The notes beneath the pieces were generated by a model, which worked only from the letters and a program-made list of their open reading frames with translations, did no database searches and had not been told where the DNA came from. Of a DNA stretch of 63,933 bases, positions 1 to 8,567 are shown one piece after another. Within the stretch, counting starts at the first letter, position 1; each line of letters starts with the position of its first letter. This stretch comes from an uncultured Eubacteriales bacterium. GTDB taxonomy: Bacteria > Bacillota > Thermincolia > Thermincolales > CAZWUW01. Location: contig CAZWUW010000003.1 of NCBI GenBank assembly GCA_964636895.1, forward strand, positions 1-63,933. Reading direction: 5' to 3'. A program made the translations under genes and the position numbers.

Positions 1-519
1 GCCATGCCATGTTTGAACAAAAGCCTCACTTTCTTCCAGCGCTATTTGAGCGGTAGGGGCTACCCCGATCATGCCCCTGGACAGGCTGGCCCTGATACCG
101 CTTTGCCGGACGGCTTTGGCTGCTTCATCCATGAAAAAGTACATATCGGCGAAGGTGGTTGTCCCCGATTTAATCATTTCCAGCGTACACAGCATAGTTC
201 CCCAATATACGTCTTCCCCGGTTAAACGATCTTCCAGCGGCCAGATACGTTCAGAGAGCCACTGCATCAGCGGCAGGTCGTCGGCATAACTCCTGAGCAG
301 TGTCATCGCGGCATGGGTATGACAGTTGATCAGCCCCGGTAATGCCACCATACCTGTGGCGTCAATTGTTTTATCCGCTATCCAGCCTTTCTCTATCGTA
401 CCTGCCGGACCTACTGTCTTGATTTTGCCGGCATCAATAGTGATTTCGCCGTTTTGAATAATGTTTTCCTGGCCTGTCATAGGTATGACGGTGGCGCCTT
501 TAATTAATATTCTACTCAC
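1..519 (-). CDS. mtaD: 5'-methylthioadenosine/S-adenosylhomocysteine deaminase (amidohydrolase). N-terminal 173 codons only; the 3' end lies beyond the window edge.
   Basis: Reverse translation from GTG at 517-519 (GGAGG 7 nt upstream) reads MSRILIKGATVIPMTGQENIIQNGEITIDAGKIKTVGPAGTIEKGWIADKTIDATGMVALPGLINCHTHAAMT... The amidohydrolase metal-binding HxH (CHTH) and the following AAMTLLR..ADD.PLM.WL segment are typical of MtaD/DadD-type deaminases. Confidence 0.75.
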   Translation of the reverse strand, partial: MSRILIKGATVIPMTGQENIIQNGEITIDAGKIKTVGPAGTIEKGWIADKTIDATGMVALPGLINCHTHAAMTLLRSYADDLPLMQWLSERIWPLEDRLTGEDVYWGTMLCTLEMIKSGTTTFADMYFFMDEAAKAVRQSGIRASLSRGMIGVAPTAQIALEESEAFVQTWHG

Positions 520-530
520 GCTAATGCCTC

Positions 531-1121
531 CTACCACTGATTGTATTTAATGTTTTTCTTATCCCTCACTTCACCCTGCAAAGTTCGGGTCAGATAAATG
601 ATTTTACAGATATTCTCCAGGCTGGACGTCCATTGGTAAGCTTCTTCCAGTAACTGGCCGACAGCAAAACTGCCATGGCCGCGCACCATGACAATCTTAT
701 ATTCCTTTAGTAATTCAGGCAGTTTTGCCGCCACTTCCTGTGAACCCACAGTATGTTCCACTCCCAGCACAGGGATTTTGTGCAGCAAGTATTGCCCTTC
801 CGAATCAATCGGGATAATTTCATTATCAATAAGTGATAAAGCAGTGGCATATACCGGGTGAGCATGTACTATAGCAAGGGCGGCAGTCCCTTTAAATATG
901 GCCCGGTGAACTCCAATCTCTGTTGAGGCCAGAGTAATGTGAGCATCGTTTTTGTGCAAACCGGTTTCAATCAAATCCTGCTCTTCCAAATGACCCAGCA
1001 TTGAACCCCGCCTGGTAATTACCACCCGGTCACCCAGACGGACACTGAGATTACCACTATGGGAACTGTTCAGACCGGCTAGGAAAAGGTCCCGGCCAAT
1101 GCGTTGAAAATCCCTGATCAT
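531..1121 (-). CDS. Class II aldolase/adducin-fold protein (FucA/MtnB/Ald2 family). Candidate 5-(methylthio)ribulose-1-phosphate / 5-deoxyribulose-1-phosphate aldolase.
   Basis: 196-aa ORF with N-terminal SHSGNLS, a catalytic-Glu context STEIGVHRAIF, an HxH zinc motif in VHAHPVYATALS and a third His in HGSFAVG. Its start overlaps the aor stop by 1 nt and it ends 11 nt before the mtaD start. Confidence 0.8.
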   Translation of the reverse strand: MIRDFQRIGRDLFLAGLNSSHSGNLSVRLGDRVVITRRGSMLGHLEEQDLIETGLHKNDAHITLASTEIGVHRAIFKGTAALAIVHAHPVYATALSLIDNEIIPIDSEGQYLLHKIPVLGVEHTVGSQEVAAKLPELLKEYKIVMVRGHGSFAVGQLLEEAYQWTSSLENICKIIYLTRTLQGEVRDKKNIKYNQW

Positions 1122-2905
1122 CAGTTTGCCTCCAATCCCAACTGCGCCAGTTTGGCCTCTGCAGGGATACCATTATTATTCCAGCCGCGGAAACGATAAT
1201 ATTCTTCAAGCATCGGCTGCAACTCAACTACCCGGCCGGCGGAAGGCCCGGCTGCAACCGGTTCTTGCAGCAGCCTTGACGGTAAAGTGTCGTTTTCCCT
1301 AGTAAAACCTTCTCTTATATTGAACAACCGCTCCAGATTCCATATGCGCTCACCAATAACATGCAGGTCCTGGGGTTGATATGTTTCCCCGGTAACGGCG
1401 CTCAATAGGCGGGCAAAATACTCTTCCGAAACAGCCAGACCTAAAAAACGGCATAAGATTAATGAATCGACTGCGGCATTGACATTCTGATAAAAAATGG
1501 TTAAGCCGGCTTTGCCTGAGGTGGCAAAACGATCTACCATTTTCGGGACGCCAAGGGCTTCCGGTCCAACCATATAGGCCCGCAAATGACAGCCGCCCCG
1601 GTTAGAGGTGGCAAAACCAAGTCCCATGCCCTGCAAACCCCGCGGGTCATAAGCCGGTAGCTCCAGACCTTTGACCTGCATGGCAAATTCCTGCCCGCCC
1701 AGATCAGCAGCCAGTAGTTGGGTACCTTCACCTAACAAGGCACCTAAACCTTTCCGCCCGGCAATTTCCCTTATCAGGTCTAACAGTTTGCCCGTATCAC
1801 CAAAATTAAGACCGGTGTTATAAATCCCCTTTTCCTGCAATTCCATAGCAAAACCAATGGTTACCCCGACAGATATGGTATCTAATCCCAAGCGGTTGCA
1901 TAGATAGTTAGCTTCTGTAATTAATTCCAGGTCGCTAATCCCGCACTGTGGACCTAAAGCCCAGATTGATTCGTATTCGGGACCTTCCCCGGTATTGTTT
2001 TTGGTACCGGTTACTCTGGTGCACTGAATTGGACAGGCGTAACAACCGGTTTTTTTGATCGTCAGGGTCTCAGCCAGAGTTTCGCCGGAAATCTGCCCTG
2101 CTTGCGGGAACTGGGAAGCCTGAAAATTCCTGGCCGGAAAAATACCCATCTCATTGAACAGGTTTACCAGTACCGGGGTGCCAAATTCGGGCAGGCCCTG
2201 AGAGGTGATAGGATTGGCTTTAATCCACTTATTAGTTTCATAAAGTATAAAATCAAGTTTATCGCTGTCAGCCACAGGTACTTTGCGGGTACCTTTAACC
2301 ATTATTGCTTTTAAATTTTTGGCGCCCATAACGGCTCCAACGCCACCGCGGCCCAAGGCCCGGCTGCGGTCATTCATTATTGCCGCCAGCTTAACCTTGT
2401 TTTCACCGGCCGGCCCGATACAGGCCACACTGAAACCATCATCACCAATATCCTGCAACAGCCTGTCGGTAGTCGCCGGCACGTCCAATCCCCAATACTT
2501 GCGGGCATCTTTGATTTCTGCACCAGCTTCTGTAATTATAATATAAACAGGCATTTCTGCTGCGCCCTGAATAATTATGCCATCGTAACCACATTTCTTT
2601 AATCTGGCACCCCAAATACCTCCGGAATTGGAGTCGAATATTGTACCGGTTAGCGGTGACTTGGTAGAAACGCTGAACCGCCCCGAGGTGGGTACACGGG
2701 TGCCTGTCAGGGGACCGACTGTAAACACCAACCGGTTGCCCGGGCTAAGCGCATCGGTAGCAGGAGTTACTTCTTTGTGAACTAAATATGTGCCAAGCCC
2801 CCGACCGCCCAAGAATTTTTCCCTGATGCCGGCGGGCCAGGTTTCTTCAGTTATTCTTTTTGTGGTTAAATCAATTCTCAGTAACCGGCCCATCCACCCG
2901 TACAT
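1121..2905 (-). CDS. aor: Tungsten-containing aldehyde:ferredoxin oxidoreductase (AOR family).
   Basis: The ORF track gives 1121..2995. I prefer the ATG at 2903-2905 (MYGWMGRLLRIDLTT...), which has GGGAGGA 6 nt upstream and avoids overlapping the upstream gene. AOR hallmarks seen: the N-terminal MYGW.G..L.IDL pattern, a CxxCxxxC cluster motif (GCYACPIQC) and GFATSNRGGCHLR. Confidence 0.9.
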   Translation of the reverse strand: MYGWMGRLLRIDLTTKRITEETWPAGIREKFLGGRGLGTYLVHKEVTPATDALSPGNRLVFTVGPLTGTRVPTSGRFSVSTKSPLTGTIFDSNSGGIWGARLKKCGYDGIIIQGAAEMPVYIIITEAGAEIKDARKYWGLDVPATTDRLLQDIGDDGFSVACIGPAGENKVKLAAIMNDRSRALGRGGVGAVMGAKNLKAIMVKGTRKVPVADSDKLDFILYETNKWIKANPITSQGLPEFGTPVLVNLFNEMGIFPARNFQASQFPQAGQISGETLAETLTIKKTGCYACPIQCTRVTGTKNNTGEGPEYESIWALGPQCGISDLELITEANYLCNRLGLDTISVGVTIGFAMELQEKGIYNTGLNFGDTGKLLDLIREIAGRKGLGALLGEGTQLLAADLGGQEFAMQVKGLELPAYDPRGLQGMGLGFATSNRGGCHLRAYMVGPEALGVPKMVDRFATSGKAGLTIFYQNVNAAVDSLILCRFLGLAVSEEYFARLLSAVTGETYQPQDLHVIGERIWNLERLFNIREGFTRENDTLPSRLLQEPVAAGPSAGRVVELQPMLEEYYRFRGWNNNGIPAEAKLAQLGLEAN

Positions 2906-2927
2906 TTTTAGTCCTCCCGACCCGTAT

Positions 2928-3164
2928 TTAACCTCCGCCCACTGGCGGAAAAACACTGACCGTATCGCCGTCAACCAGGTCTTTTTCCAACGCACAATGG
3001 ATGCCGTTAACCAGAATTATAGTCGCTTCAGCTTCCGGTATATCATAAGCCCGGATAAGCTCCCGGACACTAAGGGGCCCCTCATGGATATAGGTAGCTT
3101 CACCGGATTTAAGATAATTCCGCAGCGTGGCAAAAACTTTCAGCGTTATTTGCATATTCACCAC
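2928..3164 (-). CDS. MoaD/ThiS-family ubiquitin-fold (sulfur-carrier-like) small protein.
   Basis: 78 aa ending ...DGDTVSVFPPVGGG-stop (C-terminal Gly-Gly). Size and pattern fit MoaD/ThiS. It lies 3 nt after the ahcY stop and 22 nt before the aor start. Confidence 0.7.
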   Translation of the reverse strand: MVNMQITLKVFATLRNYLKSGEATYIHEGPLSVRELIRAYDIPEAEATIILVNGIHCALEKDLVDGDTVSVFPPVGGG

Positions 3165-3167
3165 CCT

Positions 3168-4421
3168 CTATGCACCGTGTTCCCAACCATATAAATATGT
3201 TTCCTGTTCCGACGTTAGTTTATCTATGGTAGCTCCCAATGAGCGTATTTTGATTTCGGCTACGCGGTTGTCTATTTCCTGAGCCACCGGGTAAACCCGG
3301 TTATCCAACTGTCCGGCCTGATCGTTGATATATTTGGCGGAAAGAGCCTGAATGGCAAAAGACATATCCATAATTTCCGCCGGGTGGCCGTCACCGGCCG
3401 CCAGGTTAACCAACCGGCCTTCTGCCAGCAAGTATATTTTGCGGCCGTCGGCAAGAATAAATTCCTCGATATTCTGGCGCACCACCCTTTTCGTTCCGGC
3501 AAGTGCAGCCAGTTCCGGTATATTGATTTCCACATCAAAATGCCCGGCGTTTGCCAGCAGCACCCCGTTTTTCATTTTTTCAAAATGTTTGCCGCGAATA
3601 ACGTCCTTGCAGCCGGTCACGGTAATGAACACATCACCTAATATTGCGGCGTCATCCATGGTCATTACCTGGAAGCCGTCCATATGAGCTTCGATGGCCT
3701 TAATGGGATCAATCTCAGTTATAATGACCCTGGCGCCCAGCCCTTTGGCCTTCATGGCAATGCCTTTGCCGCACCAACCATAGCCTGCAACAACAACATT
3801 TTTACCGGAGACAATAAGGTTGGTGGTCCGCATGATACCGGTCCATACCGACTCCCCGGTACCGTACCGGTTATCAAAAAGATGTTTGCAATAGGCATCA
3901 TTAACTGCCATCATGGGAAACTTTAATAAGCCTTCTTGTTCCATGGCCCTGAGCCGCAGGATGCCGGTGGTAGTCTCTTCAGCACCACCGATTACGCCAG
4001 GCAGCAGGTCCTGACGCTCATTGTGCAGTATATTTACCAAGTCACCACCATCATCAATAATAATCTGTGGTCTGGTTTCCAAAACCTTGACCAGGTGCTC
4101 TTCATATTCTGCCGGGGTAGCGTTATACCAGGCAAACACCTGGATACCGTCTGCCACCAGGGCAGCAGCAATGTCATCCTGGGTGGATAAGGGGTTGCTG
4201 CCGGTAACAATCACTTCCGCTCCTCCGGCTTTTAGTACTTGCGCCAAATAGGCTGTCTTTGCTTCCAGATGTACGCTTACCGCAACCCTTTTCCCCTTAA
4301 ATGGCTGGTTGGCCTCAAAATCCTTTTTTATTTCATTTAAGACAGGCATGTGTTCTTTAACCCAGTCAATCTTCAACTTGCCCCCGGGGGCCAGCTTAAT
4401 GTCACGAACTATGTAATCCAT
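3168..4421 (-). CDS. ahcY: Adenosylhomocysteinase (short, archaeal/Firmicute-type, 417 aa). Could equally be an S-inosylhomocysteine hydrolase.
   Basis: MDYIVRDIKLAPGGKLKIDWVKEHMPVL..., an NAD-binding GYGWCGKG motif and a C-terminal ...LTSEQETYL tail. Full-length SAH-hydrolase pattern. Confidence 0.9.
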   Translation of the reverse strand: MDYIVRDIKLAPGGKLKIDWVKEHMPVLNEIKKDFEANQPFKGKRVAVSVHLEAKTAYLAQVLKAGGAEVIVTGSNPLSTQDDIAAALVADGIQVFAWYNATPAEYEEHLVKVLETRPQIIIDDGGDLVNILHNERQDLLPGVIGGAEETTTGILRLRAMEQEGLLKFPMMAVNDAYCKHLFDNRYGTGESVWTGIMRTTNLIVSGKNVVVAGYGWCGKGIAMKAKGLGARVIITEIDPIKAIEAHMDGFQVMTMDDAAILGDVFITVTGCKDVIRGKHFEKMKNGVLLANAGHFDVEINIPELAALAGTKRVVRQNIEEFILADGRKIYLLAEGRLVNLAAGDGHPAEIMDMSFAIQALSAKYINDQAGQLDNRVYPVAQEIDNRVAEIKIRSLGATIDKLTSEQETYLYGWEHGA

Positions 4422-4461
4422 TTAATTACCTCCCTCAATGTTATCATATTTTATGTATATA

Positions 4462-5499
4462 TTAACCAAAGATTTTCTTTAGATTATCTTCATATGGTGG
4501 ATATATGACCCCCCGGTCGGTAATAATGCCTTTGATTAAATGATGCGGAGTAACATCAAAGGCGGGATTATAAATCCGCACACCTTTAGGTGCTAAACCG
4601 ACGCCAAAGACTTCCGCCACTTCCCGGTGGTCTCTTTCCTCAATCGGAATATCATCACCATTTGCCAGCGCCAAATCAATAGTTGAAGCAGGTGCCGCCA
4701 CATAAAAAGGCACATTGTTTTCCTTTGCCAGCACTGCTACTGTATATGTACCAATTTTATTGGCCACATCTCCATTAGCCGTAATCCGGTCGGCACCAAC
4801 AACAGCCAGGTGAATTTTGCCCTGCCGCATCAGGTAGCCGGCCATGTTATCTGTAATCAGGGTCACCGGGATATTGTCCTGCATCAATTCCCAGGCGGTA
4901 AGCCGGGCCCCCTGCAACAATGGCCTGGTTTCATCAGCATAAACATGAATTCTTTTTCCTGCTTCATGCGCTGCTCTGATTACCCCCAGCGCGGTGCCAT
5001 AACCGGCGGTAGCCAATGCACCGGCATTGCAGTGGGTAAGGATGCTCGCCTCCGGTGGCACCAATTCATTGCCAAACCGGCCAATACTTCTGTTCATTTC
5101 AATATCTTCGGCAAAAATTCGACCGGCTTCTACGGTCATTATCCGCAGGATGTCAACCACTGGTCGGTCTGAATTTGTTTCGGCTATTTTGCGCATGCGG
5201 TTGATGGCCCAAAAAAGGTTAACTGCGGTAGGTCTGGTGGCCGCAAGTGTATTGGCAATCTGTTCTATACTGCGAAAAAACTCTTCATGAGCGCAGGAAC
5301 TAAATGACCGGGCCCCCAGCACCATCCCGAAAGCTGCTGCTGCTCCAATAGCCGGCGCTCCCCGTACCTGCATGGTCTTGATGGCTTCGGCCACATCATT
5401 ATATGTTCGGCAAGAGACATATTCTACATTATGGGGAAGTTTCGTTTGATCCAGCAATTCCAGGGTGTTATCCACCCATCTCATGGTATGCAAACTCAT
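4462..5499 (-). CDS. mtnA: S-methyl-5-thioribose-1-phosphate isomerase.
   Basis: 345 aa. Contains LELLDQTKLP..., VRGAPAIGAAAAFG, TRPTAVNLFWA and GADRITANGDVANKIGTY. eIF-2B/MtnA family signature. Confidence 0.9.
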   Translation of the reverse strand: MSLHTMRWVDNTLELLDQTKLPHNVEYVSCRTYNDVAEAIKTMQVRGAPAIGAAAAFGMVLGARSFSSCAHEEFFRSIEQIANTLAATRPTAVNLFWAINRMRKIAETNSDRPVVDILRIMTVEAGRIFAEDIEMNRSIGRFGNELVPPEASILTHCNAGALATAGYGTALGVIRAAHEAGKRIHVYADETRPLLQGARLTAWELMQDNIPVTLITDNMAGYLMRQGKIHLAVVGADRITANGDVANKIGTYTVAVLAKENNVPFYVAAPASTIDLALANGDDIPIEERDHREVAEVFGVGLAPKGVRIYNPAFDVTPHHLIKGIITDRGVIYPPYEDNLKKIFG

Positions 5500-6302
5500 T
5501 CTCCTTTTCCTGACCCCAGACTGCCCAGTTCACCAAGGGCAGTTTTGCATGTGCAGCTACGTTCTGCCGGCATGATAGCAACGGCCTGCATGATCAGTTT
5601 TTTTAGATTGTCATTATTGTTATTCATGGCTTCCAGTACTTCAGCATGAGTTAATGGGGTGGGTGAAATTCCGGCAGCAAAATTTGTTACTGCTGCCACC
5701 GTGGCGTAACATATTTCGGCTTCTCTGGCCAGTACCGCCTCAGGCACGGTGGTCATTCCCACCAGGTCACCGCCCAGGTGACTGTACATTTTAATTTCCG
5801 CGGGTGTTTCAAAGCGTGGGCCTTCTGTACATACATATGTACCTTGGTCATATATTTTTATATCCAAGTTCGCACCGGCTTTGGCGAGCACGTCCCGTAC
5901 CACTTTGCAATACGGTTCGGTCATATCAATATGTACAACACCTTGTTCGCCGTCTTCATAAAAGGTCTGCGGCCTGTTCTTGGTAAAATCGATAAACTGA
6001 TTAACCAGCACGAAATCACCCGGTCTCATCTCCAGATTCAGTGACCCGGTTGCGGCCGTGGCAATGATCTTCTCAACGCCCAGTTCTTTAAGAGCCAGTA
6101 TATTAGCCCGGTAATTTACTTTGTGCGGTGGAACAGCATGGTTTTCGCCGTGCCGGGCCAGAAAAGCCACTTTCTTGTTGGCATAAGTACCGATTTTAAT
6201 TGTTACCTGACCATAAGCCGTTTTAATGGTCTCCACGGTAATCTCACTTAATATCTGGGGATCATAAACCCCGGTTCCCCCAATGATGGCAATCTTGGGC
6301 AT
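5496..6302 (-). CDS. mtnP: 5'-methylthioadenosine (or methylthioinosine) phosphorylase.
   Basis: 268 aa. Contains MPKIAIIGGTGVY, FLARHG..H..PPHKVNYRANI and VGMTTVPEAVLAREAE. PNP/MTAP family. 4-nt overlap with the mtnA start. Confidence 0.85.
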   Translation of the reverse strand: MPKIAIIGGTGVYDPQILSEITVETIKTAYGQVTIKIGTYANKKVAFLARHGENHAVPPHKVNYRANILALKELGVEKIIATAATGSLNLEMRPGDFVLVNQFIDFTKNRPQTFYEDGEQGVVHIDMTEPYCKVVRDVLAKAGANLDIKIYDQGTYVCTEGPRFETPAEIKMYSHLGGDLVGMTTVPEAVLAREAEICYATVAAVTNFAAGISPTPLTHAEVLEAMNNNNDNLKKLIMQAVAIMPAERSCTCKTALGELGSLGSGKGE

Positions 6303-6350
6303 CTATTGTACCTCCTGTATGCTTCTGTACCTGCTTCTGTATTTGCTGCA

Positions 6351-7265
6351 TTACTTCTCAAATAATGCAGCGGCAAAGTCTCCGGCCTGAAAATCCCTGA
6401 GGTCATCTGTTTTTTCACCAATCCCGATTAGTTTTACAGGAATATCCAGTTCCGCCTTAATTCCAATAATTACACCGCCCTTAGCGGTTCCGTCCAACTT
6501 GGTCAGCACAATACCGGTTACACCAACGGCAGCATCAAATGTTTTGGCTTGATTAATGGCATTCTGCCCGGTGGTGGCATCTAAGACAAGTAACACTTCA
6601 TGAGGCGCGGTGGGAATTTCCCGGGAAACAACCCGAAAAACCTTCTTAAGTTCCTCCATTAAATTTGATTTGGTATGTAACCGACCAGCTGTATCAACAA
6701 TCAGAATATCCAAATTTCTGGCCCGGGATGCCTGAATAGCATCATAAACCACGGCAGCCGGGTCAGCCCCTTCGCGATGTTTGATGACGTCAACACCTGT
6801 TCTGTTGCCCCAAATTTCAAGTTGATCAATGGCAGCCGCCCGAAAGGTATCACCGGCGGCAATCAAAACTTTTTTGCCCTCATCCTTAAAACGGTTAGCC
6901 AATTTACCTATAGTAGTGGTCTTACCGACACCGTTCACCCCCACTACCATGATAATAACCGGTGCTGTCCCATTTATATTTAACGGTACATCTGCGCCAG
7001 TGAGAATCTCGGTAATCTGTTCCTGTAAAATCGGTTTCAGTTCCACAGCATCTTCAATCTTGCGTTCTTTTGCCCGCCGCCGTAGCTCTTCCACCAATGC
7101 TACTGCGGTATTTACACCTACATCTGCCTGAATAAGGATTTCTTCCAATTCCTCAAAAAGCTCATCATCAATTTTTTTTCGTCCGGTAACCAGGGTTTCT
7201 ATTTTTTCCACAAAGCCTTGACGTGTTTTAGTCAGACCAGCTTTTAACTTATCAAAAAAGCCCAC
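6351..7265 (-). CDS. ftsY: Signal recognition particle receptor FtsY.
   Basis: 304 aa. SRP GTPase motifs GVNGVGKTTTIGKLA, DTAGR and TKLDGTAKGG. Confidence 0.95.
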   Translation of the reverse strand: MGFFDKLKAGLTKTRQGFVEKIETLVTGRKKIDDELFEELEEILIQADVGVNTAVALVEELRRRAKERKIEDAVELKPILQEQITEILTGADVPLNINGTAPVIIMVVGVNGVGKTTTIGKLANRFKDEGKKVLIAAGDTFRAAAIDQLEIWGNRTGVDVIKHREGADPAAVVYDAIQASRARNLDILIVDTAGRLHTKSNLMEELKKVFRVVSREIPTAPHEVLLVLDATTGQNAINQAKTFDAAVGVTGIVLTKLDGTAKGGVIIGIKAELDIPVKLIGIGEKTDDLRDFQAGDFAAALFEK

Positions 7266-7324
7266 TCCGTACCCTCCTTGATACTAAATTGAAAGGTTAA
7301 GGACACACCTTAACCTACAACATT

Positions 7325-8476
7325 TTACCATATATATTGTTTTATCTCAATTGGTTTGCATAAATTCGTGTACTCCTGGGCTACGCCAAATTTTCGGTTC
7401 CTAATTTCGCTTTCCTCTGCCGGAGTTTTGGCTTCAAAAAACTTTTGCCCGAGCCGCTCATCTTCTTCGGCCAGGCTAAAGATCTGTTCCACCGTTGCTA
7501 TGACGGTGGCACCTCGCACTTTGCCGGAACTATCATGTCCGATGGCAATAATTGGCCGCCCCCATGTTCCCGGTCCGGCATTGGCATCCCCTATATGCAT
7601 AACCCCGGTACCACCGGGATGGGTGTGCACAATAACTGCATTTTCCGGGATTTCCCTGGCATATATCTGACGCAAAGACTTGCCTTTAATATCCACACAA
7701 CTTGCCGCTAATAACCTGGATGGCACATAGCCAATACCACCTACTACCATATTACCTTCTGCCACCACATGGCCATTATTGTCAATTTTTGCCATCATGG
7801 CAACTTCCCTGCCCTGGCCGACTTCCATGGATTTATCAACTAGTTGTCTGGCCAGTTCCTCCGAAATAGAATTAACACCAAGCCTGGGCAACTTCCAGTC
7901 CGGTTTTGTAAAATCCTCCTTTGTAAGACGGGGTTGTTCAGGTATGTCTGCTAACGGAATAACCGTGGAGAGCTCCAGGAATTTAAGGCTCATCTCCGTC
8001 GAACGGCGCATGATTTCTTTTTCTTCCTCCATGGTTTTGGCGGCCAGAATACGCAGATCAATTTGTTCAGTCTCTGTTGCCAGGTCAAAAAACTCCGGTC
8101 GGGGATAAATTAATCCTACACCGGCCAAATTTTCTTGTTTGATGCCGATAGCAACTAACGGAAGATTAAAAAAATCCACCCCGTTAACATCCGTTATCAA
8201 ACCAGTATGTCCGGGTCTGGTGGTTATCAGCACGGCATTATCCGGCAAATGCTCCAGTCCTTCAAGTAAACATTTGTTAGTCATGGATATAATATTGTTT
8301 AATTGTTGTCGCAATGGCATACCGGACAAACCGCCATCGCTAATTTCGGTGGTCCGGTCTATTATTCCATCCCGATTAACCAGGCCGAAACAACCGGCGT
8401 TTCGACCCTGACTAAGCTCATTGGTACGCTTAATCATATCATTGACAATGTATTTCGCTATTCCCCTTATTTCCAC
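7325..8476 (-). CDS. Uncharacterised protein with an internal tandem duplication. The C-terminal repeat carries a JAB/MPN-like HxH-x7-H-x2-D motif.
   Basis: 383-aa ORF with a GTG start at 8474-8476 and GGAGG 5 nt upstream. Repeat 1 is LPDNAVLITTRPGHTGLITDVNGVD...LVAIG. Repeat 2 is IPENAVIVHTHPGGTGVMHIGDANAG...IIAIG. I did not recognise a named family. Confidence 0.7.
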   Translation of the reverse strand: MEIRGIAKYIVNDMIKRTNELSQGRNAGCFGLVNRDGIIDRTTEISDGGLSGMPLRQQLNNIISMTNKCLLEGLEHLPDNAVLITTRPGHTGLITDVNGVDFFNLPLVAIGIKQENLAGVGLIYPRPEFFDLATETEQIDLRILAAKTMEEEKEIMRRSTEMSLKFLELSTVIPLADIPEQPRLTKEDFTKPDWKLPRLGVNSISEELARQLVDKSMEVGQGREVAMMAKIDNNGHVVAEGNMVVGGIGYVPSRLLAASCVDIKGKSLRQIYAREIPENAVIVHTHPGGTGVMHIGDANAGPGTWGRPIIAIGHDSSGKVRGATVIATVEQIFSLAEEDERLGQKFFEAKTPAEESEIRNRKFGVAQEYTNLCKPIEIKQYIW

Positions 8477-8567
8477 ATTAACCTCCTGTTAAATGGCACA
8501 CGATTTTTTGGGCCAATGTGCCTTAGTTAAAGGTTATTTTATCCTGCCGGGAAATAAGCTATACCCC

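Noticed and set aside
2928-8476. Possible functional pairing of the MoaD/ThiS-like Gly-Gly protein with the JAB/MPN-like protein (a ubiquitin-like conjugation/deconjugation system).
   Set aside because: The two genes are about 4 kb apart and separated by five unrelated genes. No E1-like (MoeB/ThiF) gene is in the window. The MoaD-like gene is explained more simply as an AOR cofactor-maturation partner.
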